A stretch of 64,000 nucleotides of DNA from an uncultured Melioribacteraceae bacterium. Lineage in GTDB: Bacteria > Bacteroidota > Ignavibacteria > Ignavibacteriales > Melioribacteraceae. Every line of letters begins with the position of its first letter. Position 1 is the stretch's first letter. The notes under the pieces are model-generated. The model ran no database searches and had not been told where the DNA came from. It saw only the letters and a program-made list of their open reading frames with translations. The stretch is from the NCBI GenBank assembly GCA_965370315.1, contig CBDUTO010000003.1, positions 13,527-77,526 of the forward strand, read 5' to 3'. A program made the position numbers and the translations under genes. This document shows, piece after piece, positions 9,586 to 17,972 of this stretch.

Positions 9586-10740
9586 TTAAAATTCCGTAAA
9601 TGAATGACTGTGTAGTTCAATATAAAAAACAGAGCCTTTATTTTCTTCTGACTCGGCCCATACTTTCCCTTTGTGTTTTTCGGCTATTCGTTTCACCAGG
9701 CTAAGGCCAATACCTTCACCAGTTTTGCCCGAGCGGATGCCTATGCGGTAAAAAACATCCCAAATTTTTTCCAGATGCTTTTGTGCAATTCCTTTGCCAG
9801 TATCCCTAATGGTGTATACAACCTTACTATACGATTTTTTTGCGTCCACAGTAATTTCCAAAACTCGCTCCGAATCAGAATATTTCAATGCATTGCTAAT
9901 TATATTTGCGAAAAGCTGATCCAATAATGCGGCATCGCCAAAACATTTAGGTAGTGGATTAATATATATTTCGCATTGGGCTTCTTTTATCTGAAAATCG
10001 AGGCTTTGAAGTATTTTCGCAAACAGTGCGTTCATGTCAATTTCCTGAATGTTCATTTCTACTCTGCCAGTGCGCGATAGCTGAAGGAGACCGTTGATTA
10101 GATTATCCATTTTTTCGATATTGCTATGGACAAAACTAAGTGTTTTGGGAATATCTTCATCTGTAATAATGCCAAGTTGGTGAAGTATTTCCGGTTCAAG
10201 CGCTTTATCGGCGAAAAGGTTTTTTATTGAATCGGCTTGTTTTTCCAGCCGTTGGCTAAATCCCTGTATGTTCACCAAAGGTGTTCTAAGGTCGTGAGAG
10301 GCAACATAAAGGTAATTTTCCATCTCCTTATTTTTTGCCAAAATCATTTCCTGTATCTGCATCATTTCACTAATATCTGTGGTAATGGTGGCAAATTTTC
10401 CGGCTTGGGGCGAAACAACCGATATCATTAAATGCTTATCCAAAGGGGGATAAAAGGTATTAAACTCATGGGGATCTCCTCCCAGCGCAACCTTGGCATA
10501 CTCCTCCAGGTATGGTGGTGGAGTGGTTTGATAGACTTCGGTTGCTAATTTACCAATTGCATCTTCTTTGCTAATTCCTGTAATTTCGGTAAATACCTTA
10601 TTGCAATCGATAATGCGGTAATCAATAGCATCACCGGCAGTGTTTAGCACTAACTCGTGCATAACTACCATTTCGGTGAGGGAGGTGAATAAGGCATTTA
10701 ATTTTTCTTCACTTTCGCGGAGTGCGTCTTCTGCCAGCTT
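9586..10740. repeat. Copy 1 of a ~1.15-kb segmental duplication (partner 15478-16632)
   Basis: The last ~385 codons of the two kinases align without gaps. I counted 15 differences in the last 115 residues. DNA near the stops is nearly identical by eye. Similarity begins at the stop codons and fades upstream of ...ESEEKLNALF. Confidence 0.85.
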
Positions 10741-13095
10741 ACGCTCAGTAATAACCATTCCCAAAACAAAAAAGCTTTCTATTTTGCCATCAACAATATG
10801 TGGGATATAATTAGTTTCAAAAATTATCAATTCATTATTCTTAGTATGAGTTGTTCTATTTTCAAAACTGACAAACTCGCCTGAAAGTGCTTTTTTCATT
10901 TGAGGCAAGGCACGATTAAAAGTCTCTTCACCAATTACATCAATCACATCTTTTCCAATAATTCCGCTTTCGAATGGACTTCTATCGTAATAGTACTGAT
11001 TAACAAAAGTGTATTTCAAATCTTTATCAATCTGACTGATTAAAACTGGCAAATTATTAGTTATAGTACGAAGTTGTTCTTCACTTTCTTTTAATTCTTC
11101 TTCAGCTAGTTTGCGCTCGGTGATGTCATTAAATGAAATAGTTACATATTTTATGTTGGTGTTTTCATCAAAAACAAGTGACGCATTTACATTTACCCAT
11201 GTGATATATTTTCTTTCAGGACGTTTGATACCAATAAAGTATTCTGAAAAAGATTTCAATAAACTAAGTGCCTTGTTTACCGGATATTCTTCAAGGGGCA
11301 TATCTGTACCATCGTTTCTTACAAATCTCCACTGAGGGTCAATGGCCTTTTTCCCTTTCATTTGTTCAGTACTAAGCCCTAGAATCTCGCTTGCCTTAGG
11401 GTTGCTTAGTATTATACTAGTATCCGGAGCGTGAAGAACAACCCCGGTTCCTAAACTCTCCATTAGATTAAGATATTTTTCGTTGCTTTCTTCGGCTTTA
11501 TCTTTGGCGATAAGTAGTTCTTCTTCAATTTTTTTACGTTCTGAAATATCCTGAGCGGCACCCCAAAGTCTGGTGATTTTCCCATTTTCGTCCTTTATCG
11601 CTTCCCCATGTGCCCACATCCACCCATTACTTCTATCTTTTCTTATGGTTTTTAATTCAATGTTATAAGGAGTTCCAGTTTCCCCGGTTCTTGCAATTGA
11701 GCTTGATAATAATTCCCAACTTTCTTGAGTAAACAATTTTTGACTATCGTTTAATAGTGGAGGTGGGAAAGCGGGATCAAAACCATACATTTTGTATAAT
11801 TCTTTAGACCAGTTAACTCTATTTGTTGCTAAATCTAAATTCCAACTACCTATATGAGCTAATTTCTGTGCCCTTTCCATTTCTATTTCATTTCTCTCCG
11901 CCTTTTCTTTGGCATTAAGTAATTCGTTGGTGCGCTCTTTAACTTTTGATTCCAATACCTTATTTAATTTTTGTTTGCTTTTATATCTATTGTAAATTAA
12001 AAGCACTAATACAATTACCAGAATAGTAATGATAATAAGCAGATATAAAACATTTTGCTGTTTGTTAATTGTTCCTGTTTTTTCTTCCAGAATTTTTGTT
12101 TGTGATAAAATTTTATCCTTCTGATCTTGTAATAATTCGATTCCCTTATTAAGTTCTTCTTTCTGCTTCTCTGATTCAAGATACTGATCATCCAAAATAT
12201 TTTGCTGCTCTTGAATCTTTTGATCTTGTGTGCTAATATCTATTTGCTTCTCCTCGAGTAATTGTGACTGATTAGAAAGTGTTTTTTGCTGATCCTGAAT
12301 TTTTAGTGTTTGATTGTTAAGACTATCATTCTGGGCTAGCATTTGTCTGTCAAAACTATCTTTCTGGACTTGCATCTCCTGTGTCTTGCTTGTGATGGTA
12401 TGCTCGAGCCGTTTCAAATCGGTTTCAAGATTATCTGTATGTTTTTGAAGACTTCGCAAGCTTTGCTGACCTTCGCGATATAACGCTGCAACATCAATTT
12501 CAGTGCCTCCGAAAAGAACTAGATCATCCGTAAAACGAAGATTCTGGTTAATTATATTAGCCTTGTTTATTTCAAAATGAAGAGTTCCCTTTCCGCTCTC
12601 AATAAAATTAATCATGATCAATCGTTTATCCTGAAAACCATCGCTTATTAGGAGAATGTTTTTCCCTTCAATTTCGTCAAAAAGTTCAGTGATAGAATTC
12701 TCTTGGTCCTTTGTAATATAAATTAACTGTACACCATCAAAATTATCCAATGAAAGTTTTGATACTATATTAATAGGTTTTCCCTTGAGTGTTTTGGTGT
12801 TAGATAATATTTTCATCTCATTAAAAACATCTTTATCCTCACCTAGTATTAGAAATTGAAATTCGTTAATTGCCTCTTCGTTTTGCCACTCAATATTATT
12901 GGCAAAGTTGTAGATATAGGCTGTAATAGCTTCCTGACGTTCTAATGTTTGTGCGTTAATATTTGACGACTGCACAATAGAAAAGATAATTGCTATTTTG
13001 AAAACTTGAATTAATGGCTTCATAATTATTCCAATAAAATCCGTTATTTTATTCAATGATATGTTTTCGTAGTTATATGTACTAATTCTAAACAT
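9586..13095 (-). CDS. Sensor histidine kinase: signal peptide, periplasmic YfiR/DUF4154-like domain, Q-rich coiled coil, one TM, four PAS, HisKA, HATPase_c
   Basis: 1169-aa ORF; the start may instead be the ATG at 13023 (MKPLIQVFKIAIIFSIVQSSNINAQ looks like a signal peptide). DUF4154-like motifs: YIYNFANNIEWQ, FQFLILGEDKD, ILLISDG, LHFEINKANIINQNLRF. TM VLYLLIIITILVIVLVLLIY. H-box LYVASHDLRTPLVNIQGF; DTGKGI and GEGIGLSLV boxes. Confidence 0.85.
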   Translation of the reverse strand: MFRISTYNYENISLNKITDFIGIIMKPLIQVFKIAIIFSIVQSSNINAQTLERQEAITAYIYNFANNIEWQNEEAINEFQFLILGEDKDVFNEMKILSNTKTLKGKPINIVSKLSLDNFDGVQLIYITKDQENSITELFDEIEGKNILLISDGFQDKRLIMINFIESGKGTLHFEINKANIINQNLRFTDDLVLFGGTEIDVAALYREGQQSLRSLQKHTDNLETDLKRLEHTITSKTQEMQVQKDSFDRQMLAQNDSLNNQTLKIQDQQKTLSNQSQLLEEKQIDISTQDQKIQEQQNILDDQYLESEKQKEELNKGIELLQDQKDKILSQTKILEEKTGTINKQQNVLYLLIIITILVIVLVLLIYNRYKSKQKLNKVLESKVKERTNELLNAKEKAERNEIEMERAQKLAHIGSWNLDLATNRVNWSKELYKMYGFDPAFPPPLLNDSQKLFTQESWELLSSSIARTGETGTPYNIELKTIRKDRSNGWMWAHGEAIKDENGKITRLWGAAQDISERKKIEEELLIAKDKAEESNEKYLNLMESLGTGVVLHAPDTSIILSNPKASEILGLSTEQMKGKKAIDPQWRFVRNDGTDMPLEEYPVNKALSLLKSFSEYFIGIKRPERKYITWVNVNASLVFDENTNIKYVTISFNDITERKLAEEELKESEEQLRTITNNLPVLISQIDKDLKYTFVNQYYYDRSPFESGIIGKDVIDVIGEETFNRALPQMKKALSGEFVSFENRTTHTKNNELIIFETNYIPHIVDGKIESFFVLGMVITERKLAEDALRESEEKLNALFTSLTEMVVMHELVLNTAGDAIDYRIIDCNKVFTEITGISKEDAIGKLATEVYQTTPPPYLEEYAKVALGGDPHEFNTFYPPLDKHLMISVVSPQAGKFATITTDISEMMQIQEMILAKNKEMENYLYVASHDLRTPLVNIQGFSQRLEKQADSIKNLFADKALEPEILHQLGIITDEDIPKTLSFVHSNIEKMDNLINGLLQLSRTGRVEMNIQEIDMNALFAKILQSLDFQIKEAQCEIYINPLPKCFGDAALLDQLFANIISNALKYSDSERVLEITVDAKKSYSKVVYTIRDTGKGIAQKHLEKIWDVFYRIGIRSGKTGEGIGLSLVKRIAEKHKGKVWAESEENKGSVFYIELHSHSFTEF

Positions 13096-13108
13096 TTACA
13101 AATTCTCT

Positions 13109-15238
13109 TTAAATTCCTATTATTAAACTAGCATAAATAGAACGGCCACTACGTCCTGGAATAGTGTTGATGTTTCTTCTGATATATTCAGGATAGTATA
13201 TTTTCTCATTGAGCAGGTTTTTAGCATACATTTCTATTGTTATATCAGGATTATTCTCTGGGCTAAGGCCCATAAATTTTCTAATATTCAGGCTTATGTT
13301 AGCAGTAAGAAAATTATAAGATTTAGCATGTGGATTTGCATTAGGATATTTAGCACCAATATCATCTCCTTCACCATAATATGAGTTAAAAATTCCGAGT
13401 AGGAATCCTTTTGAAGGGTATTCATAAACAATTCCTGTTTTAAACATACTATTAGGCATTCCCATTGTTTGCTCAGAGCTTCCATCCCCAACCCAAAATT
13501 TACTGTAGGATAAGGAAAGACTTAAGTTTCTGAATAAATTGAATTTACCTTCGAGTTCAACGCCTTGTGTTTTCAATGAGCCTTTGTTGATGTATGTCGG
13601 AACTGCAAGTTTTTTTCCAACTTCGCCAACTGTAGCGTATACCAGACTATCGGAAGGCAAAGAACGAACTATTAAATTTTTTTCTTGATTTTGAAAAATA
13701 GTAGCCGTTAACAGAAATTTTTTATGTTTATAACTTATCTGAATTTCAGAAGTTTGAATTTTCTCTGGTTCTAATTCTGACCCTCCACCCGAAAGTGACG
13801 GCGGTGTATAAGAATTTATTATTTCAGAAATATTATACCGCTCTAATAAAGAGGGTGAGCGAAATGCTTGTCCATAAATAAGTTTTAAATAAAGTTTATT
13901 TTGCCAATGCATTACAACATTTACTCTTGGCACAAAACTCCATACAGGTGAAGCTGTTTTGTTAGCTTGTCCGCCAAGATCAATATGAATAAAGTTATAG
14001 GGTTCAAAACTGAATTGAAAATAAGCACTATACCAGTTCTCTGATTTTCCATCAGTTATCATAAATGGAGTCGTGTTAGTTTGTGTGTCAAAATCTGTAA
14101 ATCTACTCCCATCTGTTGTTTTGCTGTAAGAAGTATTATCCAGAAAGAAACGATTAAATACAGTACCGCCGATCATGCGTATTTTTTCTGAAAATTTTAG
14201 AGCTAAAGAAGCTTCAAATAAAAATCCATGTCCATCTTGGGTGCTGAGAATAGGGTTAAATAATGAATAAGAGGGTTGATCCCGTAAGGTTTTATTAAAA
14301 TCTGCGTGAATGTTTAATGCCCATTTATTATTCCATTTTTTATCATAAGCTAGACTTGCAAAATACTGAGAAAGATCAATTCTATTACCAAGTGGATTAC
14401 CCCATCTTGCACCACCACTCATATATTCAAAATTTGACTGAAGCCCTAAAAAATGTGCTTTAAATCCTTTGTATTTTGCTTCAAGCAATAGCGATTTGTC
14501 AGTATGATCCATTTGCATTGTTCTTGGTGGATTTACAACTGTTTCAACATCATCAATAAACTCCATGTCATTTTCACCTCTTGCTGTAAAATCCCAACCA
14601 TTGGTCTTATTCCAAACCACATTAGCTTTCAGACTTATTTTGTTTATTTTTTTTGATATCATTAAAGATGTTTGCCATGAATCAAAGCTACCATAGCGTA
14701 TTCTCGTAGAAGCCTCCAATTTTTCAGTTGCATCTTTGGTGATTATATGAATCACTGCGGTATAAGCATTTGAACCATAAAGTACAGAACCTGTACCTCT
14801 GATAATTTCAATTTTCTTGATGCTTTCAAGAGGAAAAATTTTGTAAATAAGACTGTTCGCACCATTGTTTACGCTTTCACGCAAAGGACTACCATTCAGT
14901 AAAATCAGTAGATGAGTATTGTAATGCGGTGTTACAGTTCCTCTTACTGCAAGTATACCATCAGGGAAAACAATTGTGCTTAATCCGTACATACTGGTAA
15001 CTCTGTCCAGCACTTCCAGAAGATTTAATGCTCCGTAAGATTTAATTTCTTTTGCCGTAATAATATTCATACTGGCTGGAGCCATAAAAAATTGTTCTTC
15101 ACTTTTTGAAGGAGTTGTAACTTTAATATTCCAGAGTGAGTCTAATGGAATAGAATAGATGTCCGTTATTTCTTGCGCCTTAACAATTTGAAGGATAGAG
15201 AAAACGCAAGTAACCAGAATGGTTATTCTAGTTCTCAT
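13109..15238 (-). CDS. TonB-dependent outer-membrane receptor
   Basis: 709 aa. Signal peptide, then plug motifs (MNIITAKEIKSYGALNLLEVLDRV, LLNGSPL, IKKIEIIRGTGSVLYGSNAYTAVIHIITK). A long alternating beta-strand region rich in Y/G/N/S follows. Confidence 0.85.
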   Translation of the reverse strand: MRTRITILVTCVFSILQIVKAQEITDIYSIPLDSLWNIKVTTPSKSEEQFFMAPASMNIITAKEIKSYGALNLLEVLDRVTSMYGLSTIVFPDGILAVRGTVTPHYNTHLLILLNGSPLRESVNNGANSLIYKIFPLESIKKIEIIRGTGSVLYGSNAYTAVIHIITKDATEKLEASTRIRYGSFDSWQTSLMISKKINKISLKANVVWNKTNGWDFTARGENDMEFIDDVETVVNPPRTMQMDHTDKSLLLEAKYKGFKAHFLGLQSNFEYMSGGARWGNPLGNRIDLSQYFASLAYDKKWNNKWALNIHADFNKTLRDQPSYSLFNPILSTQDGHGFLFEASLALKFSEKIRMIGGTVFNRFFLDNTSYSKTTDGSRFTDFDTQTNTTPFMITDGKSENWYSAYFQFSFEPYNFIHIDLGGQANKTASPVWSFVPRVNVVMHWQNKLYLKLIYGQAFRSPSLLERYNISEIINSYTPPSLSGGGSELEPEKIQTSEIQISYKHKKFLLTATIFQNQEKNLIVRSLPSDSLVYATVGEVGKKLAVPTYINKGSLKTQGVELEGKFNLFRNLSLSLSYSKFWVGDGSSEQTMGMPNSMFKTGIVYEYPSKGFLLGIFNSYYGEGDDIGAKYPNANPHAKSYNFLTANISLNIRKFMGLSPENNPDITIEMYAKNLLNEKIYYPEYIRRNINTIPGRSGRSIYASLIIGI

Positions 15239-15440
15239 GATTAATTCCTTTTAATGTGTTGTGCTTTATTTCATATTCGTGTTGGAAGCTACAAAGTTCT
15301 TCCGGTGTAGGATTGTCCGCTTGAAATACTTTGAGAATTACCGAAGTATTATCATGTTTTTGTACTCCCCTATATACCAGCGAACTTGAACTTTCACATA
15401 AGGTTACAGTTATTATATAATTTCGAATTCTCTTTTCCAT
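15228..15440 (-). pseudogene. 70-codon relic resembling the N-terminus of a Ser/Thr-protein-kinase-like domain
   Basis: MEKRIRNYIITVTLCESSSSLVYRGVQKHDNTSVILKVFQADNPTPEELCSFQHEYEI. It matches the start of the kinase-like domain of large kinase-AAA-GAF-histidine-kinase sensors (pattern ..S.VYRG.....N..VILK.....PTPEEL..F..EYEI). It stops after ~70 aa and overlaps the TonB-receptor start by 11 nt. Confidence 0.5.
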
Positions 15441-15477
15441 GATTTTTTTCCTTTTATATATTTCCTCTTTTAGCTTA

Positions 15478-16632
15478 TTAGAGTTCAGTAAATGAACGAT
15501 TGTGTAGTTCAATATGAAAAACAGAGCCTTTATTTTCTTCTGACTCGGTCCATACTTTCCCTTTGTGTTTTTCGGCTATTCGTTTCACCAGGCTAAGGCC
15601 AATACCTTCGCCGGTTTTGACTGAGCGTGGGTCGATGCGGTAAAAGACATCCCAAATTTTATCCAGATGCTTTTGTGCAATTCCTTTGCCTGTATCCCTA
15701 ATGGTGTATACAACTCTATTGTATGTATTTTTTGCGTTCACCGTAATTTCCAGTGCTCGTTCCGAATCAGAATATTTCAATGCATTGCTAATTATATTTG
15801 CAAAAAGCTGATCCAATAATGCGGCATCACCATAACATCCGGGTAGTGGATTAATATGAATTTCGCATTGGGCTTCTTTAATCTGAAAATCGAACCTTTG
15901 AATTATATTTGCAAACAGCGCGTTCATGTCAATTTTCTGAATGTTTATTTCTACTCTGCCTGTGCGCGATAGCTGAAGGAGACCATTGATAAGGGAATCC
16001 ATTTTTTCGATATTGCTATGGACAAAACTGAGTGTTTTGGGAATATCTTCATCTGTAATATTGCCAAGTTGATGAAGTATTTCCGGTTCAAGCGTTTTAT
16101 CGGCGAAAAGGTTTTTTATTGAATCGGCTTGTTTTTTCAACTGCTGGCTAAAACCCTGTATGTTCACCAAAGGCGTTCTAAGGTCGTGAGAGGTAACATA
16201 AAGGTAATTTTCCATCTCCTTATTTTTTGCCATAATTATTTCCTGTATCTGCATCATGTCGCTAATATCGGTGGTAATGGTGGCAAATTTTCCGGCTTGG
16301 GGCGAAACAACCGATATCAGTAAATGTTTATCCAAAGGAGGAAAAAAGTCAGTAAACTCATAGGGATCTCCTCCCAGTGCAACCTTGGCAAACTCCTCCA
16401 TGTAAGGTGGCGGATCGGTTTGATACACTTTGCTTGCTAATTTACCAATTGCATCTTCTTTGCTGATTCCTGTAAGTTCGGTAAATACTTTATTGCAATC
16501 GATAATTCGGTAATCGATAGCTTCACCAGCAGCGTTTTGAACCAGCTCGTTCATCACCACCATTTCGGTCAGAGAATTGAATAAGGCATTTAATTTTTCT
16601 TCGCTTTCTTTTAAGGCCTCTTCTGCTTTATC
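15478..16632. repeat. Copy 2 of the ~1.15-kb segmental duplication (partner 9586-10740)
   Basis: See copy 1. Confidence 0.85.
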
Positions 16633-17340
16633 TCTCTGGTTTTCTCTGGTTTTTATTTGCTCAAGCATATTATTAAAACTGTTGTATAAAACACCTATCT
16701 CATCAGTACTTCTACTTTCCAGACGTATTGTATAATCATCCTCCAAAGAAATTTTCTTTGCCGTGTCGGCCAGTGCAAGAATGGGCTGTGAGATTATTCG
16801 CTCTAATCTAAATGCAATAAAAAAAGCTATTAGTATCAATACAATTCCAATAAAGCCCTTTGAGATAATATTCGATCTTAAATCTTTATATAATTCAGCA
16901 GTGGATACTCTTAAATATATAGTACCTCTTATTTCTTCATTAAATTTGATTTTTCTAAAAATATGCAACCAATCATCTTCAAAAAAACTACTAATATCAC
17001 CAATTGGTAATTCAGGAATATTGATTAATTCTGTTCGATTATAGGAGGCAAAAACATGACCCTCCAAATCAAAGACATATCCATTATAAATAGTTGGAAT
17101 TGTTTCCAGTTTTGATAAATTAACATTTGCCTCATCATTATATCCAAAATCAAGAGGAGTGATACAATACTCGCTTACTAATTTTGCATTCAGCAATGAT
17201 TCACTAATCAGTTTATCTTTAGATGCTTCATGAGTTTTAATCAAATCTATCGTAAACCCAATACTTAACGACAGAATAGTTACCGATAAGATGATAAAAA
17301 TTAGTTTGTTTTTTATGGAAAGACTTTGAATTATTTTCAA
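15478..17340 (-). CDS. Sensor histidine kinase: TM, ~140-aa periplasmic loop, TM, HAMP, PAS, HisKA, HATPase_c
   Basis: 620-aa ORF. The track start is a TTG at 17340-17338 that overlaps the TGA of the upstream DUF4154 gene, and no in-frame ATG is nearby. H-box LYVTSHDLRTPLVNIQGF. The C-terminal ~385 aa are paralogous to 9586-10740. Confidence 0.9.
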   Translation of the reverse strand: MKIIQSLSIKNKLIFIILSVTILSLSIGFTIDLIKTHEASKDKLISESLLNAKLVSEYCITPLDFGYNDEANVNLSKLETIPTIYNGYVFDLEGHVFASYNRTELINIPELPIGDISSFFEDDWLHIFRKIKFNEEIRGTIYLRVSTAELYKDLRSNIISKGFIGIVLILIAFFIAFRLERIISQPILALADTAKKISLEDDYTIRLESRSTDEIGVLYNSFNNMLEQIKTRENQRDKAEEALKESEEKLNALFNSLTEMVVMNELVQNAAGEAIDYRIIDCNKVFTELTGISKEDAIGKLASKVYQTDPPPYMEEFAKVALGGDPYEFTDFFPPLDKHLLISVVSPQAGKFATITTDISDMMQIQEIIMAKNKEMENYLYVTSHDLRTPLVNIQGFSQQLKKQADSIKNLFADKTLEPEILHQLGNITDEDIPKTLSFVHSNIEKMDSLINGLLQLSRTGRVEINIQKIDMNALFANIIQRFDFQIKEAQCEIHINPLPGCYGDAALLDQLFANIISNALKYSDSERALEITVNAKNTYNRVVYTIRDTGKGIAQKHLDKIWDVFYRIDPRSVKTGEGIGLSLVKRIAEKHKGKVWTESEENKGSVFHIELHNRSFTEL

Positions 17341-17957
17341 TGTGTTTCTCCTTTCCGATAACCTACTATTTTAGCAATATTTCTCAAACGATAATCAACA
17401 TTAAATCCTTCATTAGTAATTGATGATTCATTTAATTCAAATCGAATTTTGTTTTTAAGTATGTAAAAGTTGATGTGAACACCATTTTCTCCAAAATTTT
17501 TGGTGTCTCCTAAAGTGAGTACTGATTTTCCATGTGTATTGGATAGTATATCGGCAAGTCTATTTTTTTCGGCACTTGAGATAAACAAAATATGACATTG
17601 ACCAATCTGATTGGGTTCTGTATAGTAACGGATTTCTACATTCTTATTTTTAATTTTATTTTTTTCTTTTTGATATGTATCTTCAAGAAGAGTTCCAAAT
17701 GGATTTTCACCAATAACACCAATAACGAAAGGTTCTGATTTATCGTTAATTTCAGACTGCTCAGGCCATTCAATATATTCAGAGATCTTTAAAAGCAAAA
17801 ATACCTTCACATCATATTCGCTTGTCTGACCATACATACTAATTGGCAATAAATAAATACTCATAAAGAGGAGCAAAACAATTGCCCACTTACAACGAAT
17901 CAAAATCGATGTTTCTTTAAAGTGATTAATTTGCATTTTATCTACCATAGTTAACAC
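17337..17957 (-). CDS. Stand-alone secreted YfiR/HmsC-like (DUF4154) protein
   Basis: 206 aa with an N-terminal hydrophobic segment. Motifs: FLLLKISEYIEWPEQ, FVIGVIGENPFG, ILFISSAEKNRL, VLTLGD, GVHINFYILKNKIRFELNESSITNEGF. These are the same motif series as the N-terminal domain of 9586-13095. Confidence 0.7.
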   Translation of the reverse strand: MLTMVDKMQINHFKETSILIRCKWAIVLLLFMSIYLLPISMYGQTSEYDVKVFLLLKISEYIEWPEQSEINDKSEPFVIGVIGENPFGTLLEDTYQKEKNKIKNKNVEIRYYTEPNQIGQCHILFISSAEKNRLADILSNTHGKSVLTLGDTKNFGENGVHINFYILKNKIRFELNESSITNEGFNVDYRLRNIAKIVGYRKGETH

Positions 17958-17972
17958 TCATTTATAGCATAA

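Noticed and set aside
9564-9620. N-terminal extension of the response regulator ORF (MNYTVIHLRNFKYLRRKII); the analogous extension is at 15441-15512
   Set aside because: Both extensions are the alternate reading frame of the duplicated 3' ends of the kinase genes, hence their similarity. The receiver domain starts right after the internal Met.
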